Shown here piece by piece: positions 29,681-39,349 of a DNA stretch of 64,000 bases (within the stretch, counting starts at the first letter, position 1; each line of letters starts with the position of its first letter). Under the pieces are notes generated by a model that was not told the origin of the DNA, searched no databases, and was given only the letters and a program-made list of their open reading frames with translations. Source of the stretch: Bacteroides sp. (lineage in GTDB: Bacteria; Bacteroidota; Bacteroidia; Bacteroidales; Bacteroidaceae); the NCBI RefSeq assembly GCF_017992695.1, contig NZ_JAGOOC010000001.1. One strand, 5' to 3'. The translations under genes and the position numbers were made by a program.

Positions 29681-30028
29681 ATGAGACTTTACGAAGAAAT
29701 AAAAAATGTAGCCAACGTTATTCAACAAACGAATAATGCCGAATTATATCAACAACTGATGGAGTTAAGCACACAAGCGCTAAAGATGCAAAACGAAATA
29801 ATGCGTCTGACCATAGAAAGCAGAACGCAAGAAAAAGAACAACGAATTGAAAGACACCCCGAACTCTACATCACTTTAAAGGACGATACGGATAAAATCT
29901 TATATTGTTCACATTGTTGGGACCGAGAACATCGCCTTATCCAGCTCAAATGTTACAGCAGCGGCTCCTTTAAATGTGTTCACTGTTCTAATAACGGAAT
30001 TTACGACAAAATCAAATGGAATAGTTAA
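29681..30028 (+). CDS. Hypothetical protein: N-terminal coiled coil plus CxxC...CxxC zinc ribbon
   Basis: YCSHCWD and FKCVHCSN; helical Q/E/K-rich N-terminus. Confidence 0.7.
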   Translation: MRLYEEIKNVANVIQQTNNAELYQQLMELSTQALKMQNEIMRLTIESRTQEKEQRIERHPELYITLKDDTDKILYCSHCWDREHRLIQLKCYSSGSFKCVHCSNNGIYDKIKWNS

Positions 30029-30081
30029 CACAACGTTTCATCACATCTAGACAACCGTGCAACATTGCAATCGAAACGAAC

Positions 30082-30465
30082 TATGACATTAAAGTAAAAA
30101 GATTAGTGTGGCCAACCTAGTCATTTCAGTCAATCGATCACGCCAACTGGAAGGAGTATCCTTATAAGCCCAAAGTCTCGTTTCGTATAGCATACATTGA
30201 AAAGAGATTCTAGTGGGGTACAACGCTGCTCTAGCCTGGGGAGTAAGCCATTTGCCGAACGGAGGGGAAAACCTCTTGGGACGTGCCACTTATCATTCCT
30301 TATACCGTTTTCTTCTAACACAAGATTACCTCACTTGACGGCAAAAGGCTGAAAGCCAACTTCTACAAATGTGGCAATGAATGGCAAACGCCTCACTTTC
30401 TCTCCTGGAGCCCCATTGAGATAGAAAAGCCCGATTTTCACTCTCTCTACTTTTTTGTACATTAG
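30082..30465 (+). pseudogene. Decayed carbohydrate-binding family 9-like (CBM9/DOMON-like) gene
   Basis: Manual translation: IKVKRL..*SFQSIDHANWKEYPYKPKVSFRIAY..*, shifted-frame VQRCSSLGSKPFAERRG, then SWDVPLIIPYTVFF*HKITSLDGKRLKANFYKCGNEWQTPHFLSWSPIEIEKPDFH; several stops, frameshifts and internal deletions. Confidence 0.8.
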
Positions 30466-30604
30466 CATTTGAATAGGCAGCGTTTTTCATCAATCGTTTT
30501 TTTATCGTTATTTTGATGCGTTTCCCTTGAAAAAGAGTGCCAAGATAGAATATGTGCTTGATTTTTCTTACCTTTGTGGCCAACAATTTAGAAAGTAATT
30601 CTGA

Positions 30605-31504
30605 ATGAGCCCATTAAACTTCACTCACATATTGACACAGGCAGTCGACGAGCTATCGGAAAGCGAGTCTTACAAAGGACTGTTTCATCAACATAAAGAT
30701 GGCGAGCCACTGCCTTCTGCAAGGGCGTTGTGCGAAGTCATTGAGCTGGCACGTTCCATCCTCTTTCCCGGTTACTACGGTAATTCGACAGTGAACAGCC
30801 GAACCATAAAATACCACATCGGAGTTAATATAGAAAAAATATTCGACCTGCTCTGCGAGCAAATATTAGCAGGACTCTGCTTTAGAAACGACGAAGAGCA
30901 TAGCACGCATATGGAAGTATGCCGCGAAGAAGCAGCCAATCTGGCAGCCCAATTCATCAGCCGATTGCCAGGCTTACGTCAGGTGCTGGCTACCGACGTG
31001 GAAGCAGCTTACAACGGCGACCCGGCAGCCGAAAGCTTCGGTGAGGTGATCTTCTGCTATCCGGCCATTAAAGCCATCAGCAACTACCGCATCGCTCACG
31101 AGCTATTGACTCTGGGTGTTCCGCTCATCCCTCGCATCATTACAGAAATGGCCCATAGCGAAACAGGAATCGATATACATCCGGCAGCTAAAATAGGAAG
31201 CCACTTCACCATCGACCACGGTACCGGTGTTGTTATTGGCGCCACAAGCATCATTGGCAACAACGTTAAACTTTACCAAGGCGTAACGCTGGGAGCCAAG
31301 AGCTTTCCGCTCGAGAGTGACGGAAAACCAATCAAAGGCATACCTCGTCATCCTATTTTGGAAGATGATGTGATCGTTTATTCGAATGCCACGATCTTGG
31401 GACGCATTACTATAGGTAGTGGTGCCACCGTAGGCGGTAATATTTGGGTCACCGAAGATGTTCCTAAAGGAGCAAGAATAGTACAAACAAAAGCTAAAAA
31501 ATAA
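30605..31504 (+). CDS. cysE: Serine O-acetyltransferase
   Basis: AAYNGDPAA, TGIDIHPAA, IDHGTGVVIG, RHPILED and hexapeptide repeats; -7 box at 30569-30576. Confidence 0.95.
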   Translation: MSPLNFTHILTQAVDELSESESYKGLFHQHKDGEPLPSARALCEVIELARSILFPGYYGNSTVNSRTIKYHIGVNIEKIFDLLCEQILAGLCFRNDEEHSTHMEVCREEAANLAAQFISRLPGLRQVLATDVEAAYNGDPAAESFGEVIFCYPAIKAISNYRIAHELLTLGVPLIPRIITEMAHSETGIDIHPAAKIGSHFTIDHGTGVVIGATSIIGNNVKLYQGVTLGAKSFPLESDGKPIKGIPRHPILEDDVIVYSNATILGRITIGSGATVGGNIWVTEDVPKGARIVQTKAKK

Positions 31505-31522
31505 AATAGTAAACATCCACGT

Positions 31523-32824
31523 ATGAGTGAACAATTTGAAATGATTGCTAAAACGTTCCAGGGTTTGGAAGAGGTATTGGCAGAGGAACTAACAGCACTG
31601 GGGGCCAACGACGTACAGATAGGCCGACGGATGGTCGCCTTCAGCGGAGACAAAGAACTAATGTACAAAGCCAACTTCTGCCTGCGCACTGCTATTCGCA
31701 TTCTGAAGCCTATCAAGCAGTTTAAGGCAAAGAACGCTGATGAGGTATACGAGCAAATCAAAGCGATTGCTTGGGAAAACATCTTAGACGTCAACAAGAC
31801 GTTTGCTGTTGACGCCGTTGTGTTCAGCGATGAGTTTCGCCACTCTAAGTTTGTTTCGTACAAGGTAAAGGATGCCATCGTAGACTACTTCCGCGAGTTG
31901 AATGGCAAACGGCCATCAGTACGCATCAATCGTCCGGATGTATTACTGAACATTCATATTGCTCAAACTACTTGTACGCTGTCGCTCGATTCATCGGGTG
32001 AGTCGCTCCATCGTCGTGGATACCGTCAAGAGGCTGTAGAGGCTCCACTAAACGAGGTTTTAGCTGCCGGCATGATTCTTATGACGGGCTGGAAAGGCGA
32101 GTGTGACCTGATAGATCCCATGTGTGGTTCGGGAACCATCCCTATCGAAGCAGCCCTCATTGCGCGCAACATTGCACCGGGGGTATTCCGCAAAGAGTTT
32201 GCTTTCGAGAAATGGGTTGATTTTGATCAAGAAATATTCGATTCAATCTATAACGACGACACGCAAGAGCGCGAGTTTACGCATAAGATATACGGATACG
32301 ACAACAACCCGAAGGCTAACGAAATTGCGATGTTCAACATCAAAGCAGCAGGCGTATCAAAAGATATCCGATTGAAACTGCAGCCTTTTCAGCAGTTCGA
32401 ACAGCCGGCCGAGAAGGCGATTATGATCACTAACCCGCCTTATGGCGAACGTATATCGACCAATGATTTGCTGGGCTTGTATCAGATGATTGGCGAACGC
32501 CTCAAACACGCATTCATCGGCAACGATGCTTGGATTCTATCCTACCGCGAAGAGTGCTTTGACCAAATCGGCTTGAAACCAAGCAGAAAAGCTACGCTAT
32601 TCAATGGTCCACTGGAGTGTGAATTTCGCAAGTACCAAATATTTGACGGAAAATACAAAGAGTACAAAAGTCAAGAAGAGGGAGAAGGCGGATCGCACGA
32701 AAAAGGCCCACGTGAAAGAGGTGATTTTAAACCTCGACGTGACGAAGGCGGACGTGGTTTCGGAGGTGGAGACCGCAAACCAAAAGAATTTAAGAAGAAC
32801 TGGGAACCGAGAGGAGAGAAGTAA
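31523..32824 (+). CDS. THUMP-domain RNA methyltransferase (RlmL/YpsC-like)
   Basis: SLHRRGYR, APLNEVLAAG, DPMCGSGT and ITNPPYGER. Confidence 0.92.
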   Translation: MSEQFEMIAKTFQGLEEVLAEELTALGANDVQIGRRMVAFSGDKELMYKANFCLRTAIRILKPIKQFKAKNADEVYEQIKAIAWENILDVNKTFAVDAVVFSDEFRHSKFVSYKVKDAIVDYFRELNGKRPSVRINRPDVLLNIHIAQTTCTLSLDSSGESLHRRGYRQEAVEAPLNEVLAAGMILMTGWKGECDLIDPMCGSGTIPIEAALIARNIAPGVFRKEFAFEKWVDFDQEIFDSIYNDDTQEREFTHKIYGYDNNPKANEIAMFNIKAAGVSKDIRLKLQPFQQFEQPAEKAIMITNPPYGERISTNDLLGLYQMIGERLKHAFIGNDAWILSYREECFDQIGLKPSRKATLFNGPLECEFRKYQIFDGKYKEYKSQEEGEGGSHEKGPRERGDFKPRRDEGGRGFGGGDRKPKEFKKNWEPRGEK

Positions 32825-32833
32825 ACTTATCAC

Positions 32834-32866
32834 GTATTTGAGGTCGCTATGGGCGACCTCAAATAC
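32834..32866. repeat. Perfect 14-bp hairpin without a U-tract
   Basis: GTATTTGAGGTCGC-TATGG-GCGACCTCAAATAC. Confidence 0.75.
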
Positions 32867-32900
32867 AATGTACAAAATGGAGAAAACAAACAAGAGAGCC

Positions 32901-35048
32901 ATGAAAGTAAGAAGTAAAACAAGCGCTTTGCTATTGCTAATAGCGCTCCAAACCCTATTCTCAATCCATGCTATGGGGCAAGAACTTAAGAAACCGACCC
33001 TCGAAGACCTCACTCCGGGAGGCGAAACCTATCGGTATGCCGAAAACCTATACGGGATACAGTGGTGGGGAGATCATTGCGTGAAACCAACCATCGACAC
33101 CCTGTACCTCATTGACCCTAAAACGGGTAAAGAGAATGTTGTCACGACACGCAAAGCGGTTAACGAAGTATTCGAAAAAAATCAAGTGGGCAAGCTGCAA
33201 CACTTTCAAAACGCCACTTTCCCTTGGAAAGATAAACCACTTATGCTCCTCTACATATCGGGGAAATACATCACTTACAACTTCCGTGAGAATCAAATCA
33301 CAAACGTCGTCGACCTTGAAAAGGGAGCCACTAATAGCGACTTTTGTGCCAGTACCGGAAAGGTAGCTTACACCGTAGGTAACAACCTCTTCGTCAACGA
33401 CCGGCAAATAACCAGTGAGCCCGAAGGGATTGTTTGCGGACAGTCTGTTCACCGCAACGAGTTCGGCATTCGCAAAGGCACGTTTTGGAGCCCCAAAGGG
33501 GAGCGCCTTGCTTTCTATCGCATGGACGAGTCCATGGTTACCCAATACCCACTTGTGGACATTACCGCTCGCATCGGAGAGGTAAACAACATTCGCTATC
33601 CAATGGCCGGAATGACAAGTCATCAGGTTAGCGTAGGCATCTATACGCCTGCCAGTGGGCAAACGGTATATCTGCAAACTGGCGATCCTACCGATCGTTA
33701 CTTTACCAACATCAGCTGGTCGCCCGATGCAAAAAGTCTCTACCTCATCGAACTTAATCGTGACCAAAATCATGCGCGTTTGTGTCAATATGATGCAGCT
33801 ACAGGGCAATTGACAGCTGTTCTCTTCGAAGAGAAGCATGCCAAATACGTAGAGCCCTCCCACCCGATTGTTTTCTTACCGTGGGACGCTACCCAATTCA
33901 TTTATCAAAGTCAGCGCGACGGGTTCAATCACTTGTATCTTTATAACACCCAAGGAGATTTACTGAAACAGCTTACATCCGGATCTTGGCTGGTGCAAGA
34001 GGTGTTGGGTTTCGATCCGTTGAAGAAAGAGGTGATTATTGCGAGCACAGAGCGCTCTCCGCTGCAATCAAACCTCTATCGGATCAATTTGAAAAACAGC
34101 AAGCGTACACCCATTGGGAACAGCGAGGGAGTGCACCGTGCACAACTGAGCTCATCGGGACGATACGTTATCGATAACTACTCTACGCCCACTACGCCTC
34201 GCAACATCGAGCTTATCGATACCGAAAAAGGCAGAAGTCAACGCTTGCTTACGGCCAAAGATCCTTTTGCAGGATTCCAAATGCCTACCATAGAAACAGG
34301 TACCATCAAGGCCGACGATGGGGTAACTGATCTCTATTATCGACTTATCAAACCTGCCGATTTTGATCCGACGAAAAAGTATCCTGCCATCGTTTATGTT
34401 TACGGTGGCCCTCACGCACAAATGATAACCGAAGGATGGATGAATGGCGCCAGAGGATGGGATATCTACATGGCTAACAAAGGCTACATCATGTTTACAG
34501 TAGACAACCGTGGTAGCGAGAACCGAGGATTAGCGTTTGAAAACTCCACTTTCCGTCGCTTGGGTGTTGAAGAGGGAAAAGATCAGCTGAAGGGTGCCGA
34601 GTACCTGAGAAGTTTGTCTTATGTAGATGGCAATCGCATCGGGGTGCACGGATGGAGTTTTGGCGGATACATGACTACAGCGCTGTTACTCAGATACCCC
34701 GAAGTCTTTAAAGTAGGCGTATCTGGCGGACCGGTCATTGATTGGGCCTATTATGAAGTTATGTATGGCGAACGCTACATGGACACTCCCCAGACAAACC
34801 CCGAAGGTTATAAAGAGACTAACCTCAAGAACTTGGCAGGTAACCTCAAAGGACGGCTGCTCTTGATACACGATGACCACGACGATACCTGTGTGTCACA
34901 GCATACCCTATCATTCATCAAGGCTTGCGTAGATGCTCGCACGTATCCGGATTTGTTTATCTATCCGGGACATAAGCACAATGTGATGGGACGTGACCGG
35001 GTACACCTTCACGAGAAAATAACACATTATTTCGAAGATCATTTATAA
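32901..35048 (+). CDS. S9B dipeptidyl-peptidase IV
   Basis: Probable start MKVRSK at 32901 with signal peptide; HRNEFG, VYGGP, GWSFGG nucleophile elbow, HDDHDD and YPGHKH. Confidence 0.93.
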   Translation: MKVRSKTSALLLLIALQTLFSIHAMGQELKKPTLEDLTPGGETYRYAENLYGIQWWGDHCVKPTIDTLYLIDPKTGKENVVTTRKAVNEVFEKNQVGKLQHFQNATFPWKDKPLMLLYISGKYITYNFRENQITNVVDLEKGATNSDFCASTGKVAYTVGNNLFVNDRQITSEPEGIVCGQSVHRNEFGIRKGTFWSPKGERLAFYRMDESMVTQYPLVDITARIGEVNNIRYPMAGMTSHQVSVGIYTPASGQTVYLQTGDPTDRYFTNISWSPDAKSLYLIELNRDQNHARLCQYDAATGQLTAVLFEEKHAKYVEPSHPIVFLPWDATQFIYQSQRDGFNHLYLYNTQGDLLKQLTSGSWLVQEVLGFDPLKKEVIIASTERSPLQSNLYRINLKNSKRTPIGNSEGVHRAQLSSSGRYVIDNYSTPTTPRNIELIDTEKGRSQRLLTAKDPFAGFQMPTIETGTIKADDGVTDLYYRLIKPADFDPTKKYPAIVYVYGGPHAQMITEGWMNGARGWDIYMANKGYIMFTVDNRGSENRGLAFENSTFRRLGVEEGKDQLKGAEYLRSLSYVDGNRIGVHGWSFGGYMTTALLLRYPEVFKVGVSGGPVIDWAYYEVMYGERYMDTPQTNPEGYKETNLKNLAGNLKGRLLLIHDDHDDTCVSQHTLSFIKACVDARTYPDLFIYPGHKHNVMGRDRVHLHEKITHYFEDHL

Positions 35049-35060
35049 AAAGACATCCAT

Positions 35061-36335
35061 ATGAAACTATTACTATTAGGTTCGGGCGGCCGTGAACACG
35101 CCCTGGCATGGAAGATAGCTCAAAGTCCGAAAGTATCAAAGCTATATATTGCTCCCGGTAACGCCGGAACTGCCTCGGTTGGTGAAAATGTAAACATTCA
35201 AGCGACCGACTTTGAAGCATTGAAGATTTTTGCCCTTGAAAGAGAGATTGATATGATCGTTGTAGGCCCCGAAGACCCTTTGGTAGAAGGCATTTTTGAT
35301 TTCTTCAAAGGTGATATCACCACCAATAAGATTGCCATTATCGGCCCATCAAAAAAGGGTGCACAACTCGAAGGAAGTAAAGAGTTTGCCAAGGGATTCA
35401 TGGAGCGCCACGGCATACCTACAGCTCGCTACAAAAGCGTTACCATCGAAACATTGGACGAAGGCATCGCTTTCCTTGAAACACTCGAAGCTCCCTACGT
35501 ACTCAAAGCCGATGGTCTTTGTGCAGGCAAAGGTGTACTGATTTTACCCACACTCGAAGAGGCACAAAAAGAGCTCAAAGAGATGCTTTCGGGTATGTTT
35601 GGCAACGCCTCTACCACAGTAGTTATCGAAGAGTTCCTCAGCGGAATTGAGTGTTCGATATTCGTCTTATCCGATAGCGAACACTACAAAGTACTACCTG
35701 TAGCGAAAGACTACAAACGCATTGGCGAAGGCGATAAAGGACTCAACACAGGCGGTATGGGAAGCATCAGCCCGGTTCCATTTGCTAACGACGAGTTCAT
35801 GGACAAGGTGCGCGAGCGCATTATCGACCCTACTATTAAGGGACTACAAGAGGAGGGTATTCTTTACAAAGGCTTCATCTTCTTAGGCATTATCAGTGTC
35901 AAAGGCGAACCGATGGTTATTGAATACAATGTTCGCATGGGCGATCCCGAGACCGAAAGCGTTATGCTTCGCATCCAAAGTGATATTGTCGAGTTGTTCG
36001 AAGGTGTATATGAAGTAAACCTTAACACGAAATCGTTGATTATCGATCCGCGTACAGCTGCTTGTGTTATGATGGTAAGCGGTGGTTACCCCGAAACCTA
36101 TAAAAAAGGGTATCCCATTACCGGGTTTAACTTGGCAGAGACTACAGACAGTCTTCTCTTCCATGCAGGAACTACCGTAAAAGACGGACGCATTGTAACC
36201 GATGGCGGACGTGTGATTGCCGTTTGTTCATACGGAGAAAACAAGAACGAAGCGCTGGAAAAAAGCTACAAGGTAGCCGATATGATTAGTTATAAAGATA
36301 AAAATTATCGCCGAGATATCGGATTTGATCTTTAA
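35061..36335 (+). CDS. purD: Phosphoribosylamine-glycine ligase
   Basis: [39 protein letters not shown] and [10 protein letters not shown]. Confidence 0.98.
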   Translation: MKLLLLGSGGREHALAWKIAQSPKVSKLYIAPGNAGTASVGENVNIQATDFEALKIFALEREIDMIVVGPEDPLVEGIFDFFKGDITTNKIAIIGPSKKGAQLEGSKEFAKGFMERHGIPTARYKSVTIETLDEGIAFLETLEAPYVLKADGLCAGKGVLILPTLEEAQKELKEMLSGMFGNASTTVVIEEFLSGIECSIFVLSDSEHYKVLPVAKDYKRIGEGDKGLNTGGMGSISPVPFANDEFMDKVRERIIDPTIKGLQEEGILYKGFIFLGIISVKGEPMVIEYNVRMGDPETESVMLRIQSDIVELFEGVYEVNLNTKSLIIDPRTAACVMMVSGGYPETYKKGYPITGFNLAETTDSLLFHAGTTVKDGRIVTDGGRVIAVCSYGENKNEALEKSYKVADMISYKDKNYRRDIGFDL

Positions 36336-37337
36336 ATGAGAAATAGAAACCTACAAAACCGCGTGACGACAGGTCGCTTTACCCTACCTGTCGTCACTCT
36401 TTTCTGCATTACTTGTTGGTTGCTGACTGGTTTCATATTGTCTCCTCTGCCCAAAGAGCCCAATACCTACCTCTTATGCCAATGGCTTAATGGAGCAGCA
36501 CTTTCACAATGGGCAACACTGTCCATCAGCTTTATGCTTTACGCCATTATCGGCTATTTTCTGATTGAGATCAACAATACGTTTGGCATCATTCGCATGC
36601 GAGCCTCAGTGCAAACATCACTATTCTTGCTGCTTATCGCAGCATGTCCTGCACTCCATCGTTTTTATGCGGGAAATATAGCTGCCTTGTCCCTGCTCAT
36701 CTCCCTCTACTTCCTTTTCAAAAGTTACCAAAGTTCAACATCAGCGAGTCGCCTCTTCCACTCATTTGTTTTCATGAGCATAGGGAGTATCGCCTTCCCA
36801 CAATTAACGCTGCTTGCACCTATTTGGCTAATTGGTGCTTACAGCTTTCAAGCCCTTACATTGCGCAGCATCTGCGCTGCACTACTGGGGTGGTCTTTAC
36901 CCTATTGGTTCCTGTTTGCTCACGCCTATTTTTACGGGCAGATGGAGCTTTTTTATGCTCCGTTTATCGAATTGGCTACGGTCGGCCCCATTCAGCTGTC
37001 AGAAAACCTCCAGCCTTGGGAGCTGGCTACTCTCATCTACCTCTTCATACAATTTGTAGTGAGTGCCGTGCATGCATTTGCATCGGGTTATCAAGATAAA
37101 ATTCGCACTAGGTCTTACCTGAACTTTTTGATCTTTGTCTGCTTTTCACTCTTTCTGTTTATTCTTTTACAACCCATCCATAGCCACAGTTTCCTTTCGC
37201 TATTATTACCCTTAGTTAGCGTGTTGATGGGGCATTTATACGTGTTAACGAACAATCGGTTGGCTAATGCATTCTTTATAAGTTCTACTGCAGGTCTTAT
37301 TCTCTTATTTATCTTCAATATATGGATGCTTTTATAG
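36336..37337 (+). CDS. Conserved Bacteroidales multi-pass membrane protein (DUF6427-like)
   Basis: About 9-10 hydrophobic segments; coupled to purD and the next gene. Confidence 0.75.
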   Translation: MRNRNLQNRVTTGRFTLPVVTLFCITCWLLTGFILSPLPKEPNTYLLCQWLNGAALSQWATLSISFMLYAIIGYFLIEINNTFGIIRMRASVQTSLFLLLIAACPALHRFYAGNIAALSLLISLYFLFKSYQSSTSASRLFHSFVFMSIGSIAFPQLTLLAPIWLIGAYSFQALTLRSICAALLGWSLPYWFLFAHAYFYGQMELFYAPFIELATVGPIQLSENLQPWELATLIYLFIQFVVSAVHAFASGYQDKIRTRSYLNFLIFVCFSLFLFILLQPIHSHSFLSLLLPLVSVLMGHLYVLTNNRLANAFFISSTAGLILLFIFNIWMLL

Positions 37338-37798
37338 ATACACTTATACAATTGCTTATCGACTGGGGATATCTTGGTCTCTTCTTGTCGGCCCTGTTGG
37401 CAGGCAGCATTGTACCCTTCAGTTCGGAGTTGGTGCTGGTTGGGCTGGTCGAAATGGGACTGGATCCTGTCTTCTGTGTATTATCAGCAGCATTGGGCAA
37501 CACTGCGGGTGGAATGACCTGCTATTATATGGGGCATTTCGCTAAAATAGAGTGGATTGAGCGTTACTTCAAGGGAAAGAAAGAGAGAATCGAACGCATA
37601 CGAAAATTTCTGCAAGGCAAGGGGGCATTAATGGCTTTTTTCTCCTTTCTACCCATCGTGGGCGAGCTAATCTCTATTGCATTGGGGCTCATGCGCAGCA
37701 ATGTATGGATAACCACTACAGCCATGTTTGTTGGTAAACTCGTGCGCTACATCGTTATACTGATGGCGCTACAAGGAGTTATCAGCTTAATCAAATAA
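37322..37798 (+). CDS. DedA/YqaA-family membrane protein
   Basis: LAGSIVPFSSE, LGNTAGG and FLPIVGELISIALG. Confidence 0.9.
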   Translation: MDAFIDTLIQLLIDWGYLGLFLSALLAGSIVPFSSELVLVGLVEMGLDPVFCVLSAALGNTAGGMTCYYMGHFAKIEWIERYFKGKKERIERIRKFLQGKGALMAFFSFLPIVGELISIALGLMRSNVWITTTAMFVGKLVRYIVILMALQGVISLIK

Positions 37799-37805
37799 CA
37801 ATGAA

Positions 37806-38468
37806 ATGGAACGGATTATAGAACAAACGGCAGACGGAAGTGCCACCCTTTTTGTTCCGACTTTGAATGAGCATTATCACTCAGTCAAAGGAGCAGAGAC
37901 CGAATCGCAACACATCTTTATCCATATGGGATTGAACGCTTCGGAGGCTATCCCTACGCGCATCCTTGAAATAGGGTTCGGAACGGGCCTGAATGCACTG
38001 CTGACACTCAGGGCTGCCAAATTCGACCAACGAACGGTATACTACACCGGGTTAGAGCTTTATCCGCTTGCTTGGGAAACGGTGAGCGAACTGGGTTATA
38101 CCTCGCCAGATACGTCCGAAACAGAGCTGTTTAAGGTCATTCATAACGTACCGTGGGGAGAAGAGGTTAACATCACTCCTCATTTTACATTAACTAAAGT
38201 ACAGATCGATGTGAACCAATGGTCATCATCAGAAGCAAGCGTTGACCTTATTTATTTTGATGCATTTGCCCCCGAGAAGCAATCGGAAATGTGGACACAG
38301 GAACTATTTAACCGCTTATATGTTATGTTAGATAAGGGAGGCATATTAACGACCTACTGCGCTAAAGGTATCGTCAGACGCATGCTCCAATCAGCCGGCT
38401 TTCAGATAGAGCGTTTACCGGGCCCCCCCGGTGGGAAAAGAGAAATTTTACGTGGAAGAAAACAATAA
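37806..38468 (+). CDS. mnmD: tRNA mnm5s2U34 methyltransferase (stand-alone MnmD/MnmC2 domain)
   Basis: EHYHS, ILEIGFGTGLN, YFDAFAP and TTYCAKG. Confidence 0.9.
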   Translation: MERIIEQTADGSATLFVPTLNEHYHSVKGAETESQHIFIHMGLNASEAIPTRILEIGFGTGLNALLTLRAAKFDQRTVYYTGLELYPLAWETVSELGYTSPDTSETELFKVIHNVPWGEEVNITPHFTLTKVQIDVNQWSSSEASVDLIYFDAFAPEKQSEMWTQELFNRLYVMLDKGGILTTYCAKGIVRRMLQSAGFQIERLPGPPGGKREILRGRKQ

Positions 38469-38482
38469 AACAACCAAAGAAA

Positions 38483-39349
38483 ATGATAAAATATACAACC
38501 CTATGCCTTTTGGCTATCTTGCTGAGCTCGTGTAACACACAGCGTGCAAAAAACGATGTACCCATGCTTACCGTAACCATGGAGCCACAGCGCTACTTTA
38601 CCGAAGCCATTGCAGGCGATAAGTTCAATGTAACCTCTATGGTTCCCAAAGGTTCAAACCCCGAGACCTATGACCCTACACCTTCTCAACTCGTAGCGTT
38701 GAGTGACAGCAAGGCCTATCTGCGCATTGGCTACATTGGCTTTGAGCAGAGCTGGATGGAAAGATTGCTCAATAACACGCCACACCTGCAAGTGTTCGAC
38801 ACCTCCAAGGGCATCGATTTGATTTTCGATGACAGCCACAACCATGGCGACTGCCAGCACGGAGAGTCGGGTGTAGAGCCTCACATATGGAGTTCGACCA
38901 ACAACGCGCTGATCATAGCTCGCAATACGTACAAAGCACTAAGTACGCTCGACAGTCAGAACGAGCCCTATTACCTGACCAGGTATGACAGTCTTTGCCA
39001 CCAGATACAACAAACCGATAGCGTGATACGACAGTTACTGTCAACACCGGGCACAGCGCGTGCTTTCATGATCTATCATCCGGCACTCTCCTACTTTGCA
39101 CGCGACTATGGTTTGCACCAAATCTCCATCGAAGAGGGGGGGAAAGAGCCTTCGCCCACACACCTTAAAGAGCTGATTGACCTTTGCAAAAACGAAGGTG
39201 TACGTGTCATTTTTGTGCAACCGGAGTTTGACCGCCGCAATGCAGAAATTATCGCCGAGCAAACAGGTACACGTGTAGTCCCTATCAATCCTTTGAGCTA
39301 CAACTGGTCAGAAGAGTTAATTAACGCAGCTAAAGCATTGATCCCATGA
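38483..39349 (+). CDS. Metal (Zn/Mn) ABC transporter substrate-binding lipoprotein
   Basis: Lipobox LSSC; NPETYDP, His-rich loop, EPHIW and HPALSYFARDYG. Confidence 0.92.
   Translation: MIKYTTLCLLAILLSSCNTQRAKNDVPMLTVTMEPQRYFTEAIAGDKFNVTSMVPKGSNPETYDPTPSQLVALSDSKAYLRIGYIGFEQSWMERLLNNTPHLQVFDTSKGIDLIFDDSHNHGDCQHGESGVEPHIWSSTNNALIIARNTYKALSTLDSQNEPYYLTRYDSLCHQIQQTDSVIRQLLSTPGTARAFMIYHPALSYFARDYGLHQISIEEGGKEPSPTHLKELIDLCKNEGVRVIFVQPEFDRRNAEIIAEQTGTRVVPINPLSYNWSEELINAAKALIP

Noticed and set aside
30089-30586. Three short minus-strand ORFs (63-86 aa)
   Set aside because: They are antisense to the CBM9-like pseudogene, which explains the sequence better
33048-33863. 271-aa minus-strand ORF
   Set aside because: Antisense shadow of the DPP-IV gene; the many other nested or antisense ORFs in the track are rejected for the same reason
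38306-38333. dif-like site (TTATGTTAGAT resembles the XerD arm)
   Set aside because: The XerC arm does not match, it lies inside mnmD, and it conflicts with the parS evidence
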